Positions 37,754 to 50,238 of a stretch of 64,000 bases of DNA are shown piece by piece. The first letter of the stretch is position 1; each line of letters begins with the position of its first letter. The notes under the pieces are model-generated. The model was given only the letters and a program-made list of their open reading frames with translations, had not been told where the DNA came from and searched no databases. The stretch comes from Psilocybe cubensis (taxonomy: Eukaryota). A program made the position numbers and the translations under genes. Location of the stretch: contig CM038998.1 in the NCBI GenBank assembly GCA_017499595.2, forward strand, positions 62,001 through 126,000, given 5' to 3'.

Positions 37754-40700
37754 ATGAGCGTACGTGCGGTACCTCTCCTGCTACTTTGGACACCAGACAT
37801 GCTGATATCGTGATGAACTGTGTATAGGCATTCACCGTGGGCGAAGAGGATATCCTGAGCGATGTTGTTCCGAGCAACATTGTGTCGCGCCAGGTACGTA
37901 TGCCGTGTTTGTGGAAGGTCATGTTCTGATGCGTAATATTTGGACATAGCCTAGTCAAGGAGCGGAGGCGGAGAGCGAGTACGACGAGGGCGCGGATGTG
38001 GAGGAGGAGGACGAGCTGATGAGCGAGGATGATACCGTACGTTGTCTTTTGGTTTTTGGCTTTTACGCATCCTTGACTGATGGTGTTCAGGCTGGCAATG
38101 CTGCGCGGGCGAAGAAGAAAAAGCAGGAGGCTACGGCGGACAGAAAGATGAAGCGTCAGAAGCGCAAAGCGGACGAGGGCCAGCTGCAGATAAAAAGGCA
38201 GGAGATGGACAAGGCAAAGGTCCCGTATCTTCTCTCTCTTTCTTTGGCTGGCTGACTTATCCTTGTTGTGATAGATTGCGGATGCTGTGAAGAGATATTC
38301 GTATCTACTTGGACAGACGGAGCTGTTCAAACATTTCGTGGATATCAAGGTGTGTTTCTTTTTCGTCTTTTTTGTTACTCTTTCACTCATTCTTTCCTTT
38401 AGAAAGCATCAGACCCTGAATATGCGGCTATCATGGACGCGGAACCCAAGCCCAAAGGCCGTGGGCGGAAGAAGCAGGTGTATGTATGCGCCTTGTAGTG
38501 CCATGATATGACGTGTCTGATCAGTTTTGTGGTCACAGCGACAGCAATGCCCGCCACCGCAAGTCTGAGAAGGAGGAAGACGAGGAGCTGCTCAAGGACG
38601 GCGAGGCTGGGTTGAGTGGCGACGACCAGCCGTTTGTCTTCGAGTCCTCGCCCAGCTGTGTGTTTTTTCTTTCATGTCAAGCTTGTGCCTGGTGGCTGAT
38701 GTATGCGCATGTGCAGTTATTAACGGAACGATGCGGCCTTACCAGCTGCAGGGCCTCAACTGGATGGTCTCCCTACACCACAATGGGTTGAATGGTATCC
38801 TCGCCGATGAGATGGTACGTGTCGTCTCTCTATGCTCTCTACCTACTCCCCTCATTCACTTGCCAGGGTCTGGGCAAAACTCTGCAAACCATCTCCTTCC
38901 TTGCCTACCTCAAACACTATCGCTCCATCCCCGGCCCCCATCTCGTCGTCGTCCCAAAATCTACCCTCCAAAACTGGGCACGCGAGTTCCAACAATGGGC
39001 ACCCTCTTTCAACGTCGTCGTCCTCACAGGATCCAAAGAAGAGCGCGCCGACCTCATCGCGACCCGCCTCATCCCGCAAGACTTCGAAGTCTGCATCACC
39101 TCCTACGAAATTTGCCTCATCGAGCAATCCGCGCTCAAAAAGTTCTCCTTCGCATACATCGTCATCGACGAAGCCCACCGCATCAAAAACGTCGACTCCA
39201 TGCTCTCGCAGATCGTCAGAGCGTTCATGAGCAGAGGGAGGTTGTTGATCACCGGCACGCCGCTGCAGAACAATCTCAAGGAGCTCTTTGCCCTGTTGAA
39301 TTTTATCTGTCCCGAGATTTTTGTGGATTATAAGGACTTGGATAGTTTTTTGCATAAGGATGATGCGAGTACCGGTGGCGAGGGTGGTAAGGTGGATGAA
39401 CAGGAGGCAAACAAAAAGGTTGTCGAGGCATTGCATAAGATTTTGAGGCCGTTTTTGTTGAGGCGTGTCAAGGCGGATGTGGAGAAGAGTTTGTTGCCCA
39501 GTACGTCTTTGTTTTTTGTGGCATTGTTTTGCGTTATTGAATGTGTTGTTTTGCAGAGAAGGAAGTGAATATCTATGTCGGTCTCACGGAAATGCAGCGC
39601 AAGTGGTATCGCTCCGTGTTGGAGAAGGATATTGATGCTGTGAACGGGTTGACGGGCAAGAAAGAGGGAAAGACGAGGCTTATGAATATGGTCATGCAGG
39701 TTCGTTTTATTTCATTGCTACCTCTCTCTTTTCGATTGCTGTCCTGTGGCTAATTTTGGTTTGCTTGCTTTTGCCTGCTCCGTCGCGCATGCACACTCCC
39801 ACCCATCCAGCTCCGCAAAGTGACCTGCCATCCCTACCTCTTCGACGGCGCAGAGCCCGGCCCGCCCTACACCACCGACGAGCACCTGATCCAAAACTCG
39901 GGCAAGATGATCATCCTCGACAAACTGCTAGCAAGTATGAAAGCTAAAGGCTCGCGCGTCCTCATCTTCAGCCAGATGAGTCGCGTGTTGGATATTTTGG
40001 AGGATTATTGTTTGTTCAGAGGGTACAGTGCGTGTTTTTCTTTCGTTCTATTGGTGTGGATTTGCACTGCAGATTCTGATGATGTGTAACAGAGTACTGC
40101 CGGATTGACGGAGGAACTGCGCATGAAGATCGAATCAGTGCCATAGACGAGTACAACAAACCCGGCTCCGAGAAATTCATCTTCCTCCTCACCACCCGCG
40201 CTGGAGGACTAGGCATCAACTTAACAACCGCCGACATCGTCGTGCTCTACGACTCGGACTGGAACCCCCAAGCCGACTTGCAAGCCATGGACCGCGCGCA
40301 CCGTATCGGGCAGACGAAGCAAGTGTACGTTTTCCGGTTTATCACCGAGGGCAGTGTCGAAGAGCGCATGCTGGAGCGGGCGGCGCAGAAGTTGAGGCTT
40401 GATCAGTTGGTTATTCAGCAGGGAAGAGCGCAGATTCAGGCCAAGGCGGCTGCGAATAAGGAAGAGCTTTTGGAGATGATTACGCATGGGGCGGAGAAGA
40501 TTATCAATAATGTGTCAGAGGAGTGAGTACTTTTTTACTTTTCTGATGCTACGGGGAAGTGGTTGACCGTTTGTCTCTTTATAGGCTGATGGTGAATGAA
40601 GATATCGATGCGATCATTCAGAGAGGAGAGGAGAGGACGATGGAGCTGAATAGTAAATACGAAGGGTTGAATCTGGAAGATCTGAATAATTTCAAATCGG

Positions 40701-42205
40701 ACGCTTCAGTGCAACAGTGGGAAGGCGAGGATTTCCGGGCAGGGGTGCGTGCGGCTCCTCTTTCTCTCTTACGCCTCAGAGTTTATTAATGTTGCATTTG
40801 GATCTTTAACAGAAAAAAGCGCTTAATTTCAATTTACTGTCCCTGTCGAAGAGGGAGCGGAAGAGTAATTATTCGGTGGATAACTACTTCAAGGATACGC
40901 TCCGTGCTGGTCCGTCGAAAGTGGACAAGGCGCCCAAGATTCCAAGAGCGCCGAAGCAGATTGCTATGTGCGTCGTTTCCCCTTGTTTTCGCTGTGGATA
41001 GGCTGATTTGAGCTGACTTTGTGTGTATAGTCAGGACTTCCAGTTTTTCCCGGATGAGTTGGCGGCGTTGCAGGAGCGCGAGATGGCTGCTCACAAGGTA
41101 CGCGTTTACCCCTTCAAGTTATATTATCTGAAGACTGAACAACAACAACCTACCACCTACAGCGACTGAACGGCATCCCAGCTGTGGCGCGCGAGCCCGC
41201 CGGCCCTGAAGATACTCCTGAGGTTCTCGAAGCCGAGCGACAGGCGGCGCAAGAGTTCATCGACGAGGCGGAGCCGCTGGACGACGATGATTTGGAGAGG
41301 AAGGAGGAGTGTATTAGGCAGGGCTTCCCGGAATGGAGTCGACGTGATTTCCAGCAGTTTGTGAGGGGGTTGGAAACGCATGGGTGGTATGTGTTCTTTT
41401 TTTGATTTTTAACCTTATTTGACGAGGGATGGCTTACTAATGTATGTATGCGTTGTAGGGGCGCGGATGCGACGTTGCTTGCTCAGGAAATTCAGGACAA
41501 GACGCCTGAAGAGGTGGAAAAGTATATGAAGGTGTTTAACAGAAAGTGCAAAACGCTTGCTGGTACGTCGTTATCACACACACACATCATCGAACGAAAA
41601 TATCTAACGACCACACAGAGTACCCGCGCATCAAAGCGCGCATCGAAGAAGGCGAAGCTAAGCGCATCAAGCGCGAAAACCTCGAACTGCTGCTCTCCCG
41701 CAAAATCTCGTCGGTGCGGTACCCAATGCAAGAGCTCGAGCTCAACTACCCAACCACAAAGGGCAAAGTCTACAGCGAGGAAGAAGACAGGTATCTGCTC
41801 TGCCGGCTGTTCCACTACGGGATGCAGGCGGACGACGTGTATGAGCGGATCAAGAAGGATATCACCGAGTTTCCTGTGTTTAGGTTTGATTGGTTCTTCA
41901 AGAGTCGGAGTCCGCAGGAGTTGCAGAGGAGGTGTAATACGCTTTTGGGCATGATTGAGAAGGAGGAGGAGACGAGGGCGTCTGAGGAGGCAAAGTTGAA
42001 GCCGACGAAGGGAAAGGTCGGTATTTTTCTTTTAAAAATGACGTATGGGATGCGGTGCTGATGTGTTTTTTTTTTTTTTTTCTTTTTTTGCGTTTGGTAG
42101 AAGAGGGGTATTGAGGAGGTTGTTAAAGTTGAGAAGCAGGAGTCGAGGCCTGCCACACCCGTCGAGTCGGCATCTGCCAAGAGGTCGAAGAAGAAGAAAA
42201 CATAG
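37754..42205 (+). CDS. ISW2: ISWI-family chromatin-remodeling ATPase (SNF2 ATPase plus HAND-SANT-SLIDE), multi-exon
   Basis: Motifs [53 protein letters not shown] and SLIDE-like [10 protein letters not shown]...[19 protein letters not shown]. Inferred start is ATG 37754 (6-nt first exon), stop TAG 42205. ISW1 vs ISW2 naming cannot be resolved by eye. Confidence 0.95.
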
Positions 42206-43170
42206 ATGTTGCTCGTATCGAGTATGTGTGCGTGTGTTGGTGTGAGGGCGTTGTGTTGCTGTTGTTGTTGTTGCTGTGGGGAAGAGTCTGCTGTTGTATC
42301 TCTAGTTTCTTGTTTCCTCTATCTCTCTCTTTTTTTCTATGACTAGGTACAGGTGTCTCCTCTTTTTTGAATGTGTTAATAGAGTATATATATATATTCC
42401 TCCATCTCTCTCTCTCTCTTTCTCCTCCTCTCTGCTCGTAGATCGGGTTTTGTGTCCTTGGTGTGTATGTTGTTTCTTGGTTCTTTGATTTTGGGACCTG
42501 GGTTGTCAAGTTTTGTACTTGTTACGACTCGTTACAACAACGACGACGACGATGACTGACGTTGTTTGTGACGATGACATGCCTCTCATGATCAGGTAAA
42601 TTCACCCTGACTATATTCCGAATCATAAGTACAGATTTCAGTTGTGCCGCTGCGGTGTTCGACAGGGTGTTGGTTAGTTCGTGTATGTGATGGTGGTGTC
42701 AGGTGTACATAATAACCCTATGAGATGATTCCAGATGTGCCACGTTCATAATTTTCTTACCTATTCAATTGAGCGGTGTTCGACGGTCACCTTCAGTTAA
42801 GCTTGTGGCGGTCCCGGGTCACGAATGGATTGTCTATGTTTAATTGCTCTGAACCAAGGTCCGGTGTCAACAATTGAATCTCTTTTTTTCTAAATCTACT
42901 ACATTCTGTGCATTTCAAAAATGCGGGGGTAGATATGATTAAGTTAAAGGCTAATATAAACTTGTTCTGTTCGGTGTACGGAGTATTCTAAACGAAGGAT
43001 AGTGTCGGACGGTGAATAAATAGTAATAGTGCTAGTTAGTAGTAGTACTAGTACAACAGCTTTTTACTGGTCGGTGGACGCGGCCGAGGTGAACTTTGAA
43101 GGTAGACCCAATTGAGAGAGCTGGAGGGAGCGCCGATGGCATGACGGAGAGACAAGGACAAGGGTGGGCT

Positions 43171-45250
43171 TTTACAGGTCGTCGTATTGTATGCTTCGTT
43201 CGACGTTGACTTCGAGCTGTGTATGTGGGTGATGGACGGGAATGTGGCGAGGCGGGTTGGTGGGTGATTAAAATTATTTGGAGTAACGAGGATGCGTTCC
43301 GCCGATGTCGGGGATATAAAAGGTAAAGAAGTGTGTTAAGGTTTGAAAAAAAAAGGTGAAAAAATAAAAGCATTAGGTTGTGAATGAAAGGGCACTACAA
43401 AGCGGCGAGACTAACCGGGATTCCTTTTGAGCTCATCTTTCCGTCAAAAGGGATAGAACCAGCGGAGACGAGCTATAGTAATGTAAAAATTATTCATGGC
43501 ATTGGAAGAAGAAAAGAATAACGCCATGAAGTGGATTAAGGAATACGAAAAGTCGGGTTATGACCCGCAACAAGTTGTAAAGAAAACAAGGAATTTATGC
43601 AGGGGAAGAAAGGGAAGGGGAAGAAGACAGGTCGGTGACGGTGGCCGTTGTCAGCGCCTGTACATCATTCGGGGTGTTGGCAACATTGCGTACCGCGAAA
43701 TGGTCATCGTTCCCAGATGCAGCGACGCTCCCGCGACGCCTCCGCGAGTCGAGGATGTGGCGCACATGCACGGGATTTTCTCCTGCAAGCGCGGCCTCTT
43801 TGGATCGCTGGGAACGTACCCGTCGAATCGTTTCACGCATGTTCAGTCTAGTGAATGATGGGTTTAGTTTGTAGCCCATGCATGATACAGAGTGCGGGTG
43901 TGTGGGAATGTGACCAGGGAAGATGGGGATGCTGCACTTACGTGACGAGCAAGGAGTTTGCGTAGACTAGAAAAGAAAGTTATGTATGGTCAGCTGAGTC
44001 TCATTGAACAAGAACGATGATATTTTTAGCGCCCGAAATGAACTTACATTTTCCAATAACAAAATGAAGACCCATGAAGATGAGGTTCGTGGGCATTGTC
44101 AACCACTACAATGTCGCGGATATATGTGTAAGATTAATTCACAATTCATGAAAGCGAACTTTGGTGCAATAATAAAAAGACATACGCAGATCATCGAGAT
44201 GACAGTCCCCGCACTTTGAAATCCAGGAAGATTAGTAACTTCACTTATCGATCAAACGAACAACTCACCAGGTAAGCAAACCAGTTTCGAAAGAGTACTT
44301 GATCAAAGAGTCGATGACCGCGTTCAAGCTAAACACCATACTGAGTAACTGTACCCGACAAACTCCAAAAAAATAAAAAGCACCTCGCAGCCTCAGTCCT
44401 GCTAAGATGCAGAAGCGTAAAGAGAGACCCGGTAATGATGATGTCCACGGAGGTCGAAAGGGCCAATCCCGTCGTGAATATCCACTATACACACCACATG
44501 GCCGGAAATTTTAGCGTTAGCTTCTAGCTCTGATGGCAGAGGCACGTATGGAAGCTGAGAGTCCGTACCTTGATTTCGTCTCTGAAACGCGAAAAAGTCC
44601 CATAGTGAAGCCTATACGAGATGGAAAAAAGGAAGTGGGTGTTAGCATTGCAACTTTATTACCCTATAGCTTGGAGAACAATGGAGCATGCACATCCACG
44701 TTCGAGGCTCATGAGCCCAGTGTCTCGAATCTCGAGAGTATAATAAAAATAGACTCGGGGATGTGTGGGGAGAGGCGTGTGTGGGAGCGGAGAAAAGAAG
44801 TTACGTACATTTCTGCAGTCGTGACTGTGATGCATTGGACGTTGTTCAGTTGACATTATTCGAGAAAAGTGAAGGAAGAGCAAAAAAGAAAAGAAAAAAA
44901 AAGTCAAAAACATGCAATTCGGCATGTCAGCGACGAAGGGGTTCTCTTCGCGTCACCGACTGTCGAATTCAATGCCGATAACATACGAAAGTGGATGGCT
45001 GTGTAGTTTTTACTCACTGGATGCGGAGACTGTAATGAAAAGACAAAAAAAAAGCATGTCAGTGTCAATGTCAGAGGCGGTGATAGAAAAAGGTGAAGAT
45101 TGTTCTATGAACTCAGTCCAAGTTTTTTGGATTGCCAAGAGGTAGTAGGAAGAAAGAATGTGTGAAATTTGACGGTTGAAAAAGTGGATAATCGAAGACC
45201 AAAAAAATTGATAGAGGCATACTGACCTAGGCGTAAAACGGCAAGAGCCA
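43171..45250 (-). pseudogene. 3' half of a fungal DUF6534-type multi-pass membrane protein gene; 5' half absent
   Basis: Exon pieces VALAVLRL, VTTAEM, WIFTTGLALSTSVDIIITGSLFTLL, SLNAVIDSLIKYSFETGLLT, WLTMPTNLIFMGLHFVIGK, YANSLLVT, LNMRETIRR and last exon LEVNVERSIQYDDL*. No N-terminal exons were found before the repeat block at 45413. Confidence 0.7.
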
Positions 45251-45412
45251 CCTGTGATTTCGGAGCATCCGGATACCAAATTGGAAGGTGATGGGAAAAT
45301 GAAGTTGGAAAAAGGCGGTCAGTTAGACTTTTCAAGCTGAAGACGAAAGGAGACACAAAGACAATTCAAATTCAAACAACCTTCTCGCCGCGAATTGATT
45401 TCGCGGCACGAA

Positions 45413-45815
45413 CACTGCGGGCTCCGATACATGTTTGATGTCAAACATCGTCAATCAAACACATATTATGTAAGAAGACGATGTTTGATGTCAAACATAA
45501 GTTGTGTTTGCTGACAAACAAGCATCAAACATAAGTTATGTTTGATAGGCATGTGATATCAAACACAACGTATGTTTGACGCCTGTTTGTCAAAGAACAC
45601 GGGCTTGACAGAAAATCTGTCAAGTTCGCTGTAAGATAACAAACGTACATTGTGTTTGATAAATAGTGTTTGATTCCAAATATAACTCCTGTTTGATAAT
45701 TTGTGCATGAAATCATCCGTATATTCTGTATGTTATCGACCATAAACATCAAACATAAGTTGTGTAAGAAATCAAACATAATATCTGTTTGAAATCAAAC
45801 AGATTGTCAAACAGA
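45413..45815. mobile_element. Putative left terminus of a CACTA/En-Spm-type element: CACTG start plus subterminal repeats
   Basis: CACTGCGGG at 45413 is followed by ~20 TGTTTG(A)/(T)CAAACA motifs in both orientations, including palindromes ATGTTTGATGTCAAACAT (45431, 45481) and ATCTGTTTGAAATCAAACAGAT (45783). Confidence 0.6.
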
Positions 45816-46439
45816 CATCGACACGCTCATCGTGCCGCTCAGCGCGCGCCTCCTCGCGCGATCAGCGCGCGCTTGACGCGCGATCGGCGCGCGTTGAGCG
45901 ACACGCCCAGCGATTTTACGGCTATTTTGGCGTCTCGGTGATAAGCGACACACCTCACCAACGCTACTTAGGCGCTTGTGTATTCAGCGACGAGAACACG
46001 CTCTTCATTCAATAACGCTGTATCAGTGACGCATGTTTATTCAGCGAGAAAAAACGTATTTTCGAGTGAAATATATGTATTTTTGGGGCTCGGGTGTGTC
46101 CTACTACCATACACATAAATTGACAAATGCTACACAGTCAAAGCTGCTTTTCTCCCTTCTTATTTCTAGAACCTGAGTCTCTATTTCACTGTAGTAGCAA
46201 TGTATATACTCACATCAATGTATTTTATTCGTTTGCCATCGTTTGCCATTGCCTTCTATGAATTGATGTCTCTCAGAACAACTTTCTCGCAGTCTCTTAT
46301 CACTCACCACACTCCCACTCACTCACCACACTCACTCACACTCACTCACCACACTCACCACACTCGCTCTCACTCGCTCAAACACATTCATTCATCGTCC
46401 TCGCTCATCACGCCCTCTATCAACATCGATATTCGTACC

Positions 46440-46983
46440 ATGTCCACAATAGTCTCCAACATCTTTTCCACCATCGTTTCCTTCGTCAACGGCATCAAAT
46501 ACGGATTCGCGTCGGGATGCGAGATCGTGGAGTGGTTATGCACGTACGGAGGGCCCGCCTTCGGGGCGATAGCTCGCTACATCAACAAAAATAGCGAAGC
46601 GCCAGTTGTTCTGCGAAATCGTAGCGGTATGCCAGTGAGTATTTGTAGCTTTGAACAGCGTCTTACCGCTCCTTTCAGGAGGAAAGTTGATCAGCGACAT
46701 GGAGGCTCAACACTCACCAGCCAACGACGCCGATTTCGAGGAACTCATCCGCGTTCGCCAGGAGATTAAAACCCTGAAAAAAATTCTCGACAATCGAAGC
46801 GCACGTACTCGGCCTGGTACATCGGAAGCGCACGAAATTCAGCTCGACCGCTTCGAACTTGAGCGCAAGAAAGTTCTCAACGATATCGCGATCGAGGCCC
46901 AAATACGTGCCACCTACCCTGCGCGAGCCCTGTATCTCGCAATGTGCGAGACATACGATGTCGCTCCTGTCCGCACCGACTAG
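46440..46983 (+). CDS. Small two-exon hypothetical protein (~163 aa, helical/coiled-coil C-terminal half)
   Basis: ATG 46440. Intron 46627-46678 (GTATGC...TTCAG) joins ...RNRS to GGKLISDMEAQ...VAPVRTD*. Preceded by a CACT-rich pyrimidine leader. Confidence 0.55.
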
Positions 46984-47666
46984 GCGCCCCGGCGGGTTTT
47001 TCTTGTTGTTATCTTTTCTTCATTTTCTTGTTGCTTTCTTGTTGCTTTCTTGTTGCTTTCGGTTTATCGCTATCGCTTCGTATTATTGTACATATATCCC
47101 TGAATTTTACCATTTGATTCGCTATATTTGTATCATACTCATTGAAGACTCATAATCTCATTTCTGAATAATAAAACTCCTTAACATTCGCGGACATCTG
47201 TGGCCTATGTTATTTCATGAAGCTTGAAACAACATTTTTTTTATTACCAAACAAGCGTCGTCAGCACCTTTAGAGGCAAATTAACGCGCGTTTGCCGTTT
47301 GGATACCTGCTGCACCGGCACCTGCTGACTCAGTCCTGCCCTTGTCCCTGCTGCAGCTGACTCTGACTCTGTACCATGCGTATCGACGAGCTGCGCGACT
47401 GCGACGGCGCCGTGTTTGTCTCGTACCCTTCGCCATCCGTGCGGTCCGCGTCCGTCTGCGGCTTCTGGTAGGTATCCTGCTCCTGCTCGAGATCCTCCTC
47501 TGTGAACTCTCCCAGTACGGGTTCCGTGTCCAGGAAGGTATCCTATTGAAAAAAAAAAGACTGTCAATGTCAATAAAAACACGCACATAGAGAAAGAAGT
47601 AAAAAAAAGAAAAGGAAAAAAAAGAGATAAAACACGCACCATCACCAAAAACAAATTCTTCTTATC

Positions 47667-48745
47667 ATGGAAACTCCACTCACAGCGGTCCTAACAGAAA
47701 TCACACCACGCATGTCGTCAACACAAGCAACTCAGCAAGAAAGAGACGTCAATCTTACAGATGTTCTCCGGGGGCCACTACAATGCCAAAGAATTGAGCG
47801 TCTGCGGATGGGGCGAGAATGGATGCAGGACAATGGGCTAGCTATGGAACGTTTGGTATCAGTTACGCATGCCAGGAAAGCGAGACGCATCAGGCTCCGA
47901 TTTCGGGTGTATGCGGATGCGCAGGACTTCAGGGCATACGCAAACAGCAGAGCGGCGATGACGGGTTCCACACATCGGGCACTGATAGAAACAAACAGCG
48001 CCAGATTCAGCGTAGCCTCCTGGAACTGCAACGGAGGACTCGCGGCATCAATCCATACGCCAATGTATAGGGATCTCGTACTATCTAATGATGTTACCTT
48101 CTTCCAGGAAACACACATGGCGCCAGGGCAAGAGGATATTCTGGATCTACCTCGCGGTTTTCATCCAGTGGCACGATCGCGACCATGGCGGCACCCCCTG
48201 GGCGGCGTCACTGTAATTATACGGGACACTGTAAAATATAGAATATGCGACGAGATCATGCACCCAGATATACTGGTCCTTGAGCTCCCATCCCTAATCC
48301 TAATCTGCTCGTATCTTGTGCCAGAGAACTCCAGATGGGAATCTTGGACGCATGTGGACCCTAAGACATGGCTGGGGGAGGCTATCGAATATTTGTGTCT
48401 TGCGATCCAAGGCATACATGATTATAGGCGACCTGAACGCGCGTATAGGCCTGCAACAAGCAGCGGGATCGCACTTAGTACGAGTGTCTCCAGATAATAC
48501 CTGCATTGCTAGAGGGAATCGCCTACTGGAAATCATGGGGCAGAATTCTCTGCATGTCGTGAATGGGACACCAATCGACCGAACGCCGTTCCCACAGTGG
48601 ACCTCCAGTCAGGCCAACGGAGGCCGCTCTGTCATTGACTACATCATCGTCTCGGAAGACGCGCTCCTGTCGTTGGAAGCCATGGAGATAACATGGGTTG
48701 GAGGAAGAGTGGATGACCATGCAGGGATACATGTGGAGATGAGAT
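47667..48745 (+). mobile_element. Non-LTR (LINE) retrotransposon remnant: AP-like (EEP) endonuclease domain, frameshifted
   Basis: SWNCNG, FFQETH, GGVTVII, CSYLVP, then GDLNAR after a frameshift near 48405, SVIDYIIVS and DDHAGI. Confidence 0.85.
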
Positions 48746-49575
48746 CTTCTCTCACTCTTGGGCTGATCGTCTCAATAACGCCGCTCACGCGTTCATAAAC
48801 CGCGAACACGATCGCCTGCCCGGGTGCCACGCGCAGCACGCGGGGGTGATGCCCTTGTAGAATGACCGCACGCCCTCCATCTTCCACATATCTGCCGCGA
48901 TCGCGAATATGCGCTGGAAGGAGGATTGGCCTGGAGTTGCTTTGGCTTTTTGTAGACCTGATATAATTGATTTGAGTAAGAGAGGCTAAGAAAGTGTAGT
49001 TAAAAAGGGACGTACGAGTTTTGATAGTGTCTATTGGTGCATTTGAGAACGGACCCATAGCTCCAGAGATAAGACCAATCATCATGTGTTGGTAGGATGG
49101 TAGCTCGACCAAGTCTGGCTGGTACTTATGCGCGAGCTTCTTGATTTCTTGGTACGCGGTGAAGTTGGCACCTAAGGTGGACACACAAGCCTTAAGAAAG
49201 GCGTTCTTCGGCTATTCACGAATGAAGACGTACCCTGATTCGTAGCTTGTCTCAGTGGCGTCAAAGAGACACCACGATACAATGTCGAGATTCCTTCCTC
49301 ACGAATGATGGTGTACACAGCATGACCAGCATTACGGTACCGAGGCGCTTCAAGAGGATCGGCCAATGAATGTTGTTGAGCTTGCAGAGGAATCTTCACC
49401 ACTTCCATGGGCGTCACGATGGCAACAGCTTCCGTCACTCCAGCCCCAAGACCGGCTATACGCAAGTAATTAAAAGATGACATCAGCTCAACACCTTCGC
49501 GGCAAGAGAAAAGAATTACATACCAATGAAGATATTCCCAATGCTCGTCTTCCCTGTTTGCTTATCGGCAAGCCG
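48746..49575 (-). pseudogene. SFC1: 5'-truncated mitochondrial succinate/fumarate carrier fragment with three introns retained
   Basis: AGLGAGVTEAVAIVTPMEVVKI, RQATNQGANFTAY, IGLISGAMGPFSNAPIDTIKTRLQK and YKGITP/RVLRVAPGQAIVFAVYE are SFC1/ACR1-type motifs. There is a 1-nt frameshift near 48843 and an R to P change in KIRLQ. Confidence 0.88.
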
Positions 49576-50089
49576 ACGATGGTACATCTCCTCTCAACTT
49601 TTTAATAACCCTTGCAGTATGTTTTTCTCTGTCTATTATTTGGCAATACAATTAACACACGATAGACTTTGACGATGCCAGCGGGAACATCTGTGTCTAT
49701 ATCCTCCCCAAGTGGGATGATCAATCTTGACAAGGTACGGGGAATTCAGGCTCCAAGAAATGCTGAGGAAACGACACGACCCAGACATCGAGGAATGGTA
49801 TGCCATTGACTACGAAAGTCTTGCAAATTACCCGCCTTAACTCAAGCATAGGTTTGGACGTCTTCGGCTGAAGGGCCCATGGGCTCATCCGATGCAGCGA
49901 GGTTGCACTGGTGGAACGCGCGCACCTGGTCAAGGGCATGCACCGACGACAGTGTGCAGAACTCCACGGTTGTGGAAGACCACAAAGTCATCTTCGCGCC
50001 AGTCGTGTGGATACACCAGCTGCTCCAAAATTCAGCTTCGAACAAAAAAGCGCAGACAATATGCGAACTTACAGAAGGAGCGATCGCAG

Positions 50090-50238
50090 GTCATTGCTAC
50101 GACTCCTGGAACAGGTGCAGATCAAGTGTCTGCGACGAATACTGGGTTTGGGTCCGAGGTCGATAACGGCAGTTCTTTATTCTGAAACAGGAGTACTTCC
50201 CATTAAATATAGGCGGTTAATCCTAGTACTACGTTACG
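50090..50238 (+). mobile_element. LINE remnant, post-RT region
   Basis: LLEQVQIKCLRRILGLGPRSITAVLYSETGVLPIKYRRLILVLRY resembles the conserved segment after the RT domain in fungal LINE ORF2. Confidence 0.7.

Noticed and set aside
37567-42509. Long antisense ORFs over the ISWI gene
   Set aside because: Shadow frames of a codon-biased coding gene.
48746-49575. Initial call as citrate carrier CTP1
   Set aside because: RQATNQGANFT and GPFSNAP.DTIKTRLQK match the succinate/fumarate carrier SFC1 better.
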